The notes beneath the pieces were generated by a model that was not told the origin of the DNA, searched no databases, and worked only from the letters and a program-made list of their open reading frames with translations. A stretch of DNA of 64,000 bases from Chiloscyllium plagiosum (taxonomy: Eukaryota), in NCBI RefSeq assembly GCF_004010195.1, contig NC_057718.1, positions 7,210,110 to 7,274,109 of the forward strand. The letters run 5' to 3'. Numbering within the stretch: the first letter of the stretch is position 1; each line of letters opens with the position of its first letter. A program made the position numbers and the translations under genes. Below, piece after piece: positions 29,871-42,859 of the stretch.

Positions 29871-30788
29871 AAAGTTACCCCTCAGCCCCGACACTCCAGA
29901 GAAAAAAAAATGCCCCAGCCTATGCAGCCTCACCTTATAACTCAAACCCTCTTGTCATAAAACAAACTTGTAAAATTAAGAAATAAAGTTGATTAATGGG
30001 CGCTAGGTCCTTTGCATCACTGCCAGAGAAGTTGAGGTGTAACACTGCAGGATCTGTTTGCATATACAGTCTCAATGACAAATTGGAACTTGAGAATTCA
30101 AAGTGAGAAAAGGGCACAAAAACGTTTTAAGAAGTCAAGGTTTTCAATACATTGAATGGTCCTTTTAAAACCAGTTTCAGGTTTGATTTGATTTTCAAAT
30201 TAATCAGAAATAGTGTTTTGACTACAAACCTAATGACTGATTTGAAACTGCTATTTCTAAACCTTTCTGCTTTGTGGTGGGTAATTGCTCAACTGATGTA
30301 TTGAGCCTTAATTCTTCACTTGACAGCAATAGATTACCTGTAGAAATGTAACTGTTTCAGTCTCCTCGATTTAACGTGTCAGGGCATTTCCATGTGGATG
30401 ATTTCATCTCCAGCTCCTGTTATCTTCCAACCTTGAAGAATAAATATAACAGGGTGGGCTTGAAAAGATAGTGGGCCTGGGTCCAGTAACATGGACTGTT
30501 CTGATATCTGAGAGGGTGGACAAGTAACTTATCCCACCTCTTTGGAACAGAATCAGTTATGTAGCAGACATTATGTAACATTAAAATCCCTCCATGGCAT
30601 TTTTCGCCCTCCCATTTTGCCTATGCATATTCTCTCAGTGCCAGCAAGAATTTGACCTCCCATTAATTCACAATGCCTGGGCTCCACTCCAGCCCAGAGG
30701 ATTTCAGAGATGAAATCACAGTGTTTGACTTGACATTTGGATCACATTGACGGCCTGTATCCAGATATTATTTTCATTGTTGGCTTTT

Positions 30789-30824
30789 TGTGTGTGTGTG
30801 TTTTGAGTGTGTGTGTGTGTGTGT
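30789..30824. repeat. (TG)n microsatellite, interrupted
   Basis: Two TG runs separated by TTTTGAG. Confidence 0.9.
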
Positions 30825-31374
30825 AATTCCCAGAATCAGCAGGTGGGGGTGACATTGCATCCCTGAAGCCACTGTTTTTATTGGTGTTTTGTCTTTGGGG
30901 ATGAGTTGCTTCCTGCCTTGCACTCTCCAGCCAGCAGTATGGAAAATGAAGTTTTTACAGATCATGTTTCTGGCTGTTGAGTGTTGCCAGAACAGGCCAG
31001 TCAGCCTGTGCACACCATTCACAATCAGTCCAGAGGTTCAATGTCAGATTCTGATTAAGTGACTGAAAACACACACAGTGACACAACAACTCTTAGTCAC
31101 AGCCTCTGAGATCTGTCCAATTACCTCCGTACATAATGTCACTAAAAATACCAATCGTTCCAAATGCTGTGTTTGCAACTTTTCTTGAAAGGCGTTTGCC
31201 AGCTCTGTGTAAACTGCTGATTTTTTTACCCCCTCACTGCCAGTTGCAGTTGAGCAAACAGCACTCCAGGTCACAGGTTCAAGACCCACTACAGGACACA
31301 AACTTTAAGCTGTATTAAGGGAATGCTACACTGTTAGGTGTGCTTCTTTTTCTGTTAAGGGTTTAGTTTATTTT

Positions 31375-31715
31375 ATTTACCCATGGGATGTGGGTGCCTC
31401 CAGCTAGACCCAGTATTTATTGCCCATACCTAATTGCCCAGAGGGCAGTTAAGAGTCAGCCACTTTGCTGTGGGTCTGGAGTCACATGTAGGCCACACCA
31501 GGTAGGGATGGCAGTTTCCTTCCCTAAAAGGCATTAGTGAGCCAGGTGGGCCTTTCCTGCAATCGATAGTGGGTATATGGTCATTATTAGACTATTAATT
31601 CCAGGTTTTCATTGAAGTCAAAATCCACCATCTGCCATGGCCAGGTTTGAACCCAGGTCCCCAGAAACTACAGCCAAATTTCTGGATTAATAGTCTAGTA
31701 GGCCATTGTCTCCCC
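31375..31715 (-). mobile_element. Second SINE family copy
   Basis: Reverse complement of the 28878 family. Confidence 0.65.
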
Positions 31716-32205
31716 TCCCCAGGATGTGTGTAAATTACTTCAAGGCACTGCTGTAGGAATAGGTGAAATCCCATGGATGACCCTGCTGATAACTATCCAT
31801 CAGCAAACGTGTAAAGCAGGTTATCTGGTCATCAAATTCATTGTTGCTTGTTGAGCACACTCGTTGCAAATCAGCCTTCCCAAACCCTATATTACAACTA
31901 TGCCCGCACTTCAAAACTACTTCATTGGCTATAAATCCTTTGAGATGTTTCATGATTCCTGGCAGGTTGTTTAGCTCAGTTGGCTAAACAGCTAGAATGT
32001 GATGTGGAATGACACTGTTCATTATGGTCTTATTCCTAGAGATCAGAGAGTTTTACAGCACGAAAACAGATCTTCGGCCCAACTCGTCCATGTTGACCAG
32101 ATATTCCAAATTATCCTAAATGAGGTCTACTTTATTTAGTCTACCTCATTTAGCCCTTTGCATCTAACATAATACCCCTCAAGCTGAATATATATTAGAA
32201 CATAG

Positions 32206-32429
32206 CTGAAAAATTTGTTGCTGGAAAAGCACAGCAGGTCAGGCAGCATCCAAGGAGCAGGAGAATCGACGTTTCGGGCATAAGCCCTTCTTCAGCCTCA
32301 TTCCTGATGAAGGGCTTATGCCCAAAACGTCGATTCTCCTGCTCCTTGGATGCTGCCTGACCTGCTGCGCTTTTCCAGCATCACATTTTTCAGCTCTGAT
32401 CTCCAGCATCTGCAGTCTTCACTTTCTCC
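32206..32429. mobile_element. Hairpin Penelope pseudo-LTR pair (family A) with a hammerhead motif on each strand
   Basis: Inverted arms span ~32219-32378; minus core CTGAAGA..GAAACGTC is intact, plus core has GAAA>AAAA; TSD ATATA(T/C)TAGAACATAG at 32190-32205 and 32430-32445. Confidence 0.85.
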
Positions 32430-32440
32430 ATATACTAGAA

Positions 32441-32820
32441 CATAGAACAATACAGCGCAGAACAGGCCCTTCGGCCCTCGATGTTGCGCCGACCTGTGAA
32501 CTATTCTCAGCTCGTCCGCCTACACTATTCCATCATCATCCATGTGCTTATCCAAGTTTTGTTTAAATCTCCCTAATGTGGCTGAATTAACTACATTGGC
32601 AGGTAGGGCATTCCTCGCCCTTACCACACTCTGAGTAAAAAAAACCTGCCTCTGACATCTGTCTTAAATCTATCACCCCTCAATTTGTAATTATACCCTC
32701 TCGTACAAACTGACGTCATCATCCTAGGAAAAAGACTTTGACTGTCTACCCTATCTAATCCTCTGATCATCTTGTATGTCTCTATCAAATCCTCTCTTAG
32801 CCTTCTTCTTACCAGTGAGA
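32441..32820 (-). mobile_element. CR1/HER1-like LINE 3' end
   Basis: Tail CATAGAACAATACAGCGCAGAACAGGCCC and CR1 C-terminal coding remnant. Confidence 0.78.
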
Positions 32821-32920
32821 TTGTTTCTCTCTGTCTCTTTATTGGAGACAGCTACCTATGGTCTTTTGTGGACTATGACTAATTACTTATTAACTACAAG
32901 TCTCTCTCTATTTCTTGTAG

Positions 32921-32993
32921 TGCCTAGGAGGCTACAGAGCTGAGGAAGCTGTGGAACTGTTGAAGACCTTTTACAAGGCTGAAAATCCCAATG
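32921..32993 (+). CDS. ADAT2: ADAT2 exon 5
   Basis: Pyrimidine tract plus TAG acceptor; CLGGYRAEEAVELLKTFYKAENPN matches the ADAT2 C-terminal helix; weak donor GTCTGT. Confidence 0.93.
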
Positions 32994-33098
32994 GTCTGTA
33001 ATCTCATATTGTCAGCTTATACTTTTGAGTTATACTCGCACAATTCAATTTGCAAACTGCAATTTCCTTTTTTTTAAAACACTCTTTTTTCACAACAG

Positions 33099-33130
33099 CA
33101 CCAAAATCAAAAGCAAGGAAGAAACACTAA
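33099..33130 (+). CDS. ADAT2: ADAT2 exon 6 (terminal coding part)
   Basis: Acceptor after a 105-nt intron; (A)PKSKARKKH-TAA. Spliced CDS totals 549 nt, i.e. 182 aa plus stop, with all phases consistent. Confidence 0.88.
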
Positions 33131-34034
33131 GTTTCACCTGACATCACCAAAAAAAAAGAGTCTGCAGTGCTTCATCAGCCAACAGAAGAATACAGGAGGA
33201 AGTTGCTCAGCGTTTAACCTGACCGGTCAGTGGGAAGAGATGACCAGTTAGAGGTGAACACAGGCAAAAGATGGTCACAGTCAAAAAGCAACTGTCAGGA
33301 ATCATGGGCAGTAGCAATGTTTCTCAGCCTGCCGATCTGTGCTGTGCTGCCTGCTTCTCCCTCCTGGTCTGTCCATCCAAGGTAATTGGCAACAGCTCGG
33401 CTCCAACATTCAGTATTATCAGAAACTCCACATTCTCTCCAATAACCTATCACCTTCTTCCTTTCTGAGAAGTTATCTACCTTTGCCTTAAAAATATTCT
33501 AAGAGTCTGATTCCACTGCCTGTTGAGCAAGAGAGTTCCAAAAACCTACAGTCCTCCGATTGAAAAAAAAAGGCTCCTCATGTTTGTCTTAAATGGGCCA
33601 CCCCTTATTTTTAAATAGTGATGCTGATTTCCAGATTTTCTCCTTTCCACATGTAGCATATCAGGAACCCTCAGACCATATCTATTTCAATCAAGTCCCC
33701 TCTTACTTTTCCGAACTTCAGCAGAGGAAAGGTTGTCCTCCTTTAACAACTTGCCCATTCCAGGTATTACTCTGGAAGACCTTCTCTCAACTGCTTCTAA
33801 CACATTTACAGCTTTTTTAAAGTAAAGAGATGAGTATTATCCACCATACCTCAGTTATGGTCTCATCAAAGTCCTGCAGAATTAAAGCGTAATCTCCCTA
33901 CTCTTGTATTCAATGATGGCCATTTACTGTGGGGATTGTAGGCATTCATTTGTACACAACCACTCAGTGATCATATTCCCATGTTGCATTCAAAGTTTTA
34001 AGCCAAAACATCATTTTTCTTTGGTCTTATTACA

Positions 34035-34040
34035 AATAAA
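34035..34040 (+). terminator. Candidate ADAT2 polyadenylation signal
   Basis: First AATAAA I found downstream of the stop codon, about 900 nt after it. No transcript evidence. Confidence 0.35.
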
Positions 34041-34620
34041 TTATGAAATTCATCTAAACATCAATTAAGTGAAATGACACTGTGCTTTCCTCGTGAATTG
34101 AGGATGCTGAATGTTCTCCTGTACTCATGTTCCCTGCTAGTTTTCCAGTTTGTCTTATCCACTTGATCAGAAGAGTGGTTGACAATGGTCCATCTCTAGA
34201 TGGGATTGGGACATCGGTATGTCTTCTGTTTCACATCAACTGCTCAGGTTTTGTTGGCTTTAACAACTCTTCTGGAAAATGTGTGAATAACTGAAGCCAA
34301 CAGGAGACAACAGCTAGTTAGGGAGATGTTAAACAATAGCAGGCTGCAGTGCAGGTGCTGAGTGCAAGAAAAATGTTTAAGATCGATTTTGCATTGCAGT
34401 AAGGCCTTGGATTATCCGACTCCATCTATTATGAACTGCAGTAAGTTGGAAAGCAAATCAAACGTTGAGGGGATCAATAATCAAAAACACACAAGTAAAA
34501 ATTGCAAATTATAAAGCTGCACACTGGAAGCCTGCAACGAAACCTGAATTACAAAATATACGATAGGCCCATTAGCGTTTGCAAAACAATCGCAACTTGT
34601 ATTTGGATAACATCCTCCAT

Positions 34621-34859
34621 ATAGTCATGATTTGGAGATGCTGGTGTTGGACTGGGGTATACAAAGTTAGAAATCACACAACACAAGATTATAGTCCAAC
34701 AGGTTTATTTGGAAACACTAGCTTTTGGAGCGCTGCTCCTTCAGGTGATTGTCCTGATGAAGGAGTGACCACCTGATGAAGGAGCAGTGCTCTGAAAGCT
34801 AGTGCTTCCAAATAAACCTGTTGGACTATAACTTTGTATTGTGTGATTTTTAACTTTGT
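34621..34859. mobile_element. Hairpin Penelope pseudo-LTR insertion (family B) with hammerhead at 34770-34804
   Basis: CAC-CTGATGA-A-GGAGC(AGT)GCTCT-GAAA-GC-TA-GTG; ~85-bp inverted arms; 10-bp TSD CATCCTCCAT at 34611-34620 and 34860-34869. Confidence 0.82.
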
Positions 34860-34916
34860 CATCCTCCATGTAGGATGCTGCAGATTGCTTCACAGGGACA
34901 TGATCAGCCAAAAGGA

Positions 34917-35210
34917 GCGACACAGTGGCTCAGTGGTTAGCACTGTTGCCTCACAGCGCCAGGGCCCCAGGTTCAATTCCAACCTCAGGCAACTGTGCAA
35001 ACCCCACATAGACATTTTCCCCGAGTCTGCGTGGGTTTCCTCCGGGTGTGCTAAATTTCCCATAGTGTTCAGGGATGTGTAGGTTAGGTGCATGCGTCAG
35101 GGGTAAATGTAAAGTAAATGGAGAATGGGTCTGGTTGAGTTATTCTTCGGAGGATCACTGTGGACTTGCTCAGCTGAAGGGCCTGTTTCTACGCTGTAGG
35201 GATTCTAATT
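34917..35210 (+). mobile_element. V-SINE (HE1-like)
   Basis: Head ACAGTGGCTCAGTGGTTAGCACTG..GGTTCAATTCC, V-domain and LINE-derived tail. Confidence 0.8.
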
Positions 35211-36504
35211 CTCAAATTTGACCCTCAATCACATTAGGGTAGATCAGCAAAAGCATACTGAAGGAGTCAGGTAGTTAAGGTCATCTTAGAGGACAAAGAG
35301 CTGGGGAATTTTAATTCCAGGCTTAAGGCCAAGAGAACTGAAAGCACAGCTGGCACTGGTGGAACGCTGAAAACTGATGTTTAAAAGAGTGAGTTAGAAA
35401 CATTTGAGGGGAGAAGGTGGGGATGGTGGTATGCTGGTAATATCACTGGACTAATAATCCAGAGGCCCAGGCTATTGCAGTGGACACATGGAATCAAATC
35501 CCACCATGACAGCTGGTGAGATTTGTATTCATTAATTAAATCCAGAATATAAAGCTTCTCACAGTGATGGTGACCATGGAGCTGTCACTGTTTGGTGTAA
35601 AAACCTACCTGATTAATGTACTTCAGGGAAGAAAATCTGCTGTCCTTACCCATTTTGGCTTGTGTGATACTCTACACCCTCAGAAACATGGTTAACTCTG
35701 AGAAAGCCACTCATTTTAAGGGCTGTGAAGAGTGGGTAATAGATGCTGGCCTTGCCAGTTCTTTGTGTGAAAGGACAACAGATTATAAAACAGAAGTAGC
35801 TTGTTTTACTGTGTAGACAATACAATACCCTCGCCAATTCACCCACCTTGTGACCAAAGCCTTCAATCCATGTTCTGTAGTCTTTTTAGCGTTTGCTAAT
35901 GTGGGAACATTTTGTTTTATCTGAAGCTGTCCTTTTGGACCTGTATCAAATTTTGCCTCAACATTCTTGTCTCTAAGAAGAACAGTTTGAACTTCTTCAG
36001 ACTAATCTACTTTCCAAAATCTCCCATCTCTGGAACCATCCCATAAATCATGTCCTCAAGGCTTCTCTGGCTGCATCTTCGGATCTACCAAGATGGACAA
36101 GACAGCTACACCATCTGCAAGTGGCCCTCCAAGCCACACTCCATCCTGACTTCAAAATATATCACTTGTCCTTCATGGTTGCTGGGTCAGATTCTCAAAA
36201 CGGCAGCTCACCACTGCCTTCTTTAGGGCACAAATAATTTTTTTTTAAAATGTCAATCCACACCCTACTCGAGGGCTCTCATATCCTTTCCATAGTGTGG
36301 GGAGAATCAGGTGCAGTTCTCCAGTTTTGGGTTTCAGCTTTTGCCACAATTCCATTGCATGGAATTGGGCAAGCAGATGCTGAAATATTCTGTTAGAGTG
36401 GCCTTTGCAAAAAATGTGTCTGAACACCGGACGTTTTCCTGTAAATGACCTGTACTGCTCCCTCCTCGGTGACACTGTATAAGTGAGAAAGTCAGCCAAA
36501 GTTC

Positions 36505-37430
36505 TGCGGGCTAGAAATCATCTTCAACTACTTCATCAATGATCTTCTCTCCATCATAATGTCGATAGGTGGATGTCCATCAATGATTGCACAGCGTTCA
36601 GCACCATTGGCAATTCCTCAGACACTAAAGCATTCCATTAATTGCAGCAAGATCTGGACAACACCCAGACTTGGGTGACAATTGGCAAGTAACATTCGCT
36701 CCAAACAAATGCTATGCAATGACTATTTCCAATAAGAGACAATCTGATCACAACCCTTTGAAATGCAATGGTGTTACCATCACTGAATCCCCCACTGTCA
36801 ACATCCTTGGGGTTACTGTCGACCAGAAACTTAACTGAACTTGTCAAATAGACACAGTAGTTACAAGAGCAGGTTAGAGGTTCAGAATACTGCAGTGAGT
36901 AACTCATCTCCTGACTCTTCAAAGCCTGTCCACAATGGAATATTCTCCACTTGCCTGGATGGGTGCAGCTCCAACAACACTCAAGAAGCTTGACACAATC
37001 AAGGACAAAGCAGCCCACTTGATTGGCACCACATCCACAATTATCCACTCCCTCCATCACTGATGCTCAGTCACAGCAGTGTATACTATCTACATGATGC
37101 ACTGTAGAAATTCACCAAAGGTCCTTAGACAACACTTTTCAAAACCACGACCTCTTCCATCTAAGAAAGACAAGAGCAGCAGATACATGAGAACGCCATC
37201 ACCTGTAAGTTCTCCTCCATACCACTCAGCACCCTGACTTGGAAATATATCGCCGTTACTTCACTATTGATGGGTTGAAATGCTGAAATTTCCTCCCTAA
37301 GGGCATTGTCGGTCACGGACTGCGGCGGTTCAAGAAGGCAGCTCACCCCCACCTTCTCAAGGGGCAACTCAGGACAAGTAATAAGTAATGGCCCAGCCAG
37401 CGATGTGCACTTCGCACAATGAATGGAAGC
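36505..37430 (+). mobile_element. CR1/L2-group LINE 3' fragment
   Basis: IIFNYFINDL..QQDLDN remnant plus a tail shared with the second SINE family. Confidence 0.78.
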
Positions 37431-38279
37431 AATAAAGTTTGAGAGTAAGTTGGAACAGATTTGCAATTGGATTAAAACTGCTGACATTTGAAATGAGAGG
37501 AGCACAGAGAGCTGCAGAGCCAGATGAGGTTACAGAGACAGGGGAAACAATGTGCTAGCGTTTGAAAAGAGGGAGCTTAGTATTTTGGGCTGGATCTTTC
37601 ACAATCACTAACCAATAAAGCACTGCTTCTAAAATGTTCATCTATTTTCAAATCGTTTCCATTTAAAACTTTTCTTGAGAGAAATGCCCTTCGGAAAAGA
37701 GAAGACTAAGGGCAAATCCTGAGAAGGTTTTAAATGTTCAGTAAAAGTCTGATAAAGAGGTGGTAGAAGAAAATGCTTCCTGGTTGTGGAGCAGGTCCAA
37801 CACCACGGCATGATGGATGTAAGAGGATCACCAATCAAACGCAGTACAGAATTCAGGGTAACTTTACTGAGAGAGTGGGAGGACTGTGGAACGTGTTACT
37901 GCATACAGAGCTTGAGAGAAATACTTTTGGTGGCTTTCAGAGAAAATTGGATTGTTTTGTTAATACATGAAGAGGCTGGGAGGAGTTAATGTGGAACGTC
38001 CAAACCAATGTAGACCAGTTGGCCTATTTCCATGCTATGCATTCAGTGTCATTCAGATAGCAGAGTGTGCCTGTCTTAAATATTTCCCAGAGGCTCTTGT
38101 GATACAGAAGGGATTGGGTGTGATGCTGAACGGATGTGTCTGATTACGTAGTGTCTCTGTGAGTAATGCTGCATCTGGTGTGTGTGTGTGTGGTGGTGGG
38201 GGGGGGTGGGGGAACAGGATGAGAAATGGTCATGCCTCTGACCGTGAGCCCAAATCATTGCACAATTATGTGAACTTAT

Positions 38280-38890
38280 AAGCGCAAAGAACAGTACAGC
38301 ACAGGAACAGGCCGTTAGGCCAACAAGATGCTCCCACATGATGCTCTTCTAAACTCAAAACCTTGTGCTTCCACGCAGTCTATATCCCTCTATTTCCTAT
38401 CTACTCCCTATCTATTCATGTATCTGTCAAGATACCTCTTAAATGTTGCTGTTGTATTCACCTTCAGCACCATCTCTGACAGCATGTTCCAGGCACCTTC
38501 CACTGTCTGTGTACAACACCTGCCTCTCACAACTCCTTTAAATTTACCCCTTTTACTTTAAACTGAGTAATTGTCTCCTCATCTCCCAGTAATTGACATT
38601 TCCTGGGCAAAAGACTTTGACTGTCCATTCTGTTGAATAATTCTGTCACCGTTCTGTCTATTCCTCATAATTTTGTAAACTTCTAACAGATCGTGCTTCA
38701 TCCTTCAAAGTTCAAGTGAAAACAAACCAAGTTTCTCCAATCTCTCTTCACAGCTCATTCCCTGCAAACTAGGCAGCATCTGATAAACTATTTCTGTCCC
38801 CTCTCCAAAGCCTCCACATCCTTCTGCTAGTGTGGCAACCAAAACTGTACACGTTATTCCAAATGTGGCAGAACTAAAGTTCTGAAAAGT
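38280..38890 (-). mobile_element. CR1-clade LINE 3' fragment
   Basis: Reverse tail AGAACAGTACAGCACAGGAACAGGCC and a decayed coding end. Confidence 0.72.
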
Positions 38891-39691
38891 GACTTTACTT
38901 CACTGTATCTCCATTTGGGTGGGTAGGATGGAGCTTGGATTCACACAGCACCTTTCCTGACCGGAGGAATCAGTTGTTGCTTTCAAGGACTATTAGTAGC
39001 TGACAATGGGTTGGTTGTGATAGCAGCCCATGTGATGACCAGGCCTGATGTGTGGGGTTAAAGGCCTTAATGTTATTGAATTCTGTATTGAGCTTTGAAG
39101 ACTGCAAGGTGCCCAAATGGAAAAATGAGGTGCTCCTCTTCTGTCTTGCATGGAATTTAACTGGTGCACCTCAGCAAGCCTGAGAATTATCATTAACTCT
39201 GACTGTGAGCCACATGAGATATTAGATAGCCAAAGGTAGATTTAAAAGAGTCTCTTAAGGTTTGTAGAGAGTATCAAGAGAGACAACCCCTTAGCTTAGG
39301 GCTTCAGCAGCTGCAGGAACAGTTGCCAGTGGCAGAATTTAATAAGATCAGGGATGCACAAGAGGCCAGAATTAGTGGAGCACAGATATCTTGAACAGTT
39401 ATAATCCTGGAGAAGATTACAGAAATAAAGGTTGGTGGAGATATTTGAAAACAAAAATGAAAATTAAGATCCTGTGTAAGCAAAAGCAAATATAGGTGAG
39501 CAAGAGGAGTGATAGAGGAATGGGACTTGGTGCAAGTCGAGAGTAATCACAGTTGTCATTATATTAAGTCCCAATGTAGGACAATTGTAACGTAAAGCAT
39601 CATGTTTAGCAAAGGTCCTTCTATGTTTTTGAGTGTGTACGAATTAAATCAAAGTACTTACAAAGATAGATTGCTTTTTTAAATTTGAAAG

Positions 39692-39912
39692 CAGACAGGC
39701 AGAAGGCTGGAAGAACACAGTAAGCTAGGCAGCATCAGGAGGTGCAGAAGTCGACATTTCAAGTGTAACCCCTTCTTCAGCTCTGAAAAAGGGTTACACC
39801 CAAAATGTTGACTTCTGCATCTCCTGACACTGCCTGGCTTGCTGTGTTCTTCCAGCCTCCTGCCTATCTACTTTGGATTCCAGCATCTGCAGTTTTTTTT
39901 TGTCTCTAACCA
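39692..39912. mobile_element. Hairpin Penelope pseudo-LTR pair (older, degenerate hammerheads)
   Basis: Inverted arms AGGCTGGAAGAACACAG / CTGTGTTCTTCCAGCCT; CTGAAAAAGGGTTACACCCAAAATGTTGAC; near-identical TTTTT..AATTTGAAAG at both flanks. Confidence 0.7.
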
Positions 39913-42619
39913 AGTTTTTTTTAATTTGAAAGGCATTCCTTGCCCCCAATGTCATCAATACCTGCCACAATTTGACTCTAGTCAATTGCAATCACCATAA
40001 AAAAGGAAAGTGACCAGCAGAGTTCTCATGACCTCCTGTTGACTAATCAATCTCTCAGTGCAGCTGTTCATCACACACACGTAGCCAAAGGAACTAGTTC
40101 AGTGGATTAAGCAATGAATCAATTACTCCTTAAGTATGAGGGAATCCTTTTCTATTTCGGGCAAGTCTTTTCAAATCATCTGAGCTTCATTTTTCTATGG
40201 GTTATACCCTGCTGGCATAATTTCCCATCTGAAAGGTGTTAGCAGTTCAAATCCATGTCACTGTGTCAAAATATCTGTGGAAAATAGAGCTTTTTTTAAG
40301 GATGAATGACATTGGTGGTGTATGGCGCAGAAGGAGGCCATTTGACCCATCGTGCAAGTGTCCATCCTCTAAAGGAACTATCCAATTAATCCCCCAGCCC
40401 TCACTTTCTACGTTTCCTTGAAATTTCTTGTTTACCAATCTAGCACCCTTTTGAAAGCTTACTATTAAATCTGCTTCCCCACCATCCTTTCAGATAGTGT
40501 GTCCCAAATCTTAACAACACACTGGGCTTGATTTTGCGTTAGCTATGCAGCTTCCCTTCCTGTCATTTGCAGATGTAGTAGAGGCCCCATGTTTGTTCCA
40601 AAAGAAAGGCCTGATCGAATTGACTCACCAGGCATTTAACTGGCCAGCATCAGGCTGCCCATACAATTAAGGACGCTATAAGATAGGAATTCTTCCCCCA
40701 AGAATTGCCAGCCATTCTTGATAGTGCCATTGGGAACAGTGACCTCTGTTGGTGATACCCTGAAGTGCAAACTCAGAATCAGTGGTGGGACCCAGAACAC
40801 AAGTGAGTGAGGACAGCATGAGTTTGTGCATGTGTTAAGAGGAGTTGGAGGAAAGGTCAGGGAGTGGTTTTAAGAGATGCCCCCCCACTTCCAAAAACTC
40901 TTGGTGAGGCACAAAGTGCCTTAAGTACACAAGAAGCATCACTAGACCCAAAACGTTAATTCAGCTTTCTATCCACAGATGCTGCCAGACCTGCTGAGTT
41001 TTTCCAGCAATTTCTGTTTGTGTTACTGAAACTCATTGCGTGTGGTATTGACACTGCTGCTTTGTTTGTAGATGGCCGGGCATGCGTGTGTGCAGGCGCG
41101 TGTGTTTGTTGAGTGAGGTCTGACTAGGTTTGTTTCTATTGTAAAGAGTCATGGATGCTAAAGATCATCAGTCTGATGATGACTCTGATTAGTTCCTGAG
41201 TAGCTGAACAACATGTTTGTGTGAGCAATACAGTAAAAGACCTTTGGAACTCTGAAAAGGCAGGATGTGAGTTTGCTCACTGCAGTACAAATGCCTGGAA
41301 AAAGCCTTTTTTTTTCACAGCAAATGCTGCAGTTACCTTTTAACCTGTGAAATAAAAGAATTTATAGTTAGTCTACCAATTGGCCTGTAGAATCAGGTCT
41401 GCCAAGATGAGTGTTTGTTCAGCATGAATTGGCTTTACTGCGAAGAAGAACTTTGATTGTTACTTTGTAAGCGTGAACTTTCCTTACCTGTATTGGCTAT
41501 AATGCCATTCCAGCCCCATTATTTTAAATGGCAGGGCTATTGTGCAATTTTCTTATATTGTGAGATTACGTGAGAATGGAACCACCACGTTTTATCAGAA
41601 CCAACTGTACTTCTGACAAAGAAGTGAAAGGAACCTGGAGAAAAAAGATTGAAGAACAGAGGTCCTGGCAAGTGAAAGGATCATCTCAGTGCGCCCTCTG
41701 GACTGCTGCTGTTCCAGTTTTCCCCAGGATCCATAAAGCAATGATTTTGTTTGTTTGTCTGTGTCTGTATGTGTGTATAAGGCATTAGATTTTGTAACTG
41801 ATAGAACCATATGTTGATAAGTCATAGCTGTTTACTTGTGATTAAATTTACTTGATTATAATAAACAAAAGTTATGGTTAAGTATAGGAACCTGGTCAGT
41901 GTTTTTTATTAACTTGTTTCCAACAGACTTTGTGTGGTTTTATTAGACCATTAACCCTTATGGTGACCCTTAGACAAGTGGATCTCCAGGATCTACACAC
42001 TTTCCCAAGTAAGTTGTAGCACCTTTTATATCGGGGATTTGAAGTAAACTACTGTGATAAAAACCTTTTTATTATTTGAGCAAGTAAATTACAAGTTGGA
42101 TAAAGGAGAACCTGTAGATGTGGTGGATTTAAAGTCCCAAGATAATTCAATAAGTTGCAATGTCAAAGGTTGCTACACATATAAAAGCATATCTTGACAC
42201 TTTGGAAGATACAATAAATGATTTACGAGGATAATACCAGGAATAAGAGGTCACACCTATTAAGGCATTCTGAAGAAATTGGGAGCTCTTTAGTATGACA
42301 AAGGGAAGGCCAATGGTTGACCAAATAGGGCTCTTTAAGAGTCTGAAAAGCCTCCATATAATAAGGGAGCAGCCTACGGTATTCTGGGACGATGATGAAT
42401 TTCACTTAAGGGTGAACACTTTTTGAACAAAAATATATGTATAAAAAAATATATGGATGTAGTCATAGACGCAGTTCGGAGTGTCAGTAGCATATCAAGG
42501 AAACCAACCTTGGAATTTGAATCTATCCAAACAAACCGAAGACACGTCTTACTTGAACCAGGTTATATTTACATACATTTGAAGCAGTAGGAATGTCCGA
42601 TAACTGAACGGATCCCCAT

Positions 42620-42790
42620 TTACCTTCAACAGGAAGGCCTCAGACAGTGGTATTTCCCCACTGAACCCTGGTGGCAGCTGTCCCAAGCTTTAGTGCATCC
42701 CTCAGTACACAGTCCTGGACGTTGGAGCGTGCCAGTCGGCAACACCCGGTCAAGGTCAACCCCTTGTTCTGGAAGACCAACAACTACAGG
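42620..42790 (-). mobile_element. L1/Tx1 3' fragment
   Basis: VQDCVLRDALKLGTAATRVQWG is homologous to the end of the 48190-49905 element. Confidence 0.65.
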
Positions 42791-42859
42791 GTGGACATGG
42801 TAAATATGGAGGCACGTACCTGAGCCTTTAAATGAGTGGAGGACACAAATAACATGCTA

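Noticed and set aside
41080..42010. Possible solo LTR (also 3100-3600 and 56600-57285)
   Set aside because: LTR-like composition, but no termini, TSD or second copy that I could verify.
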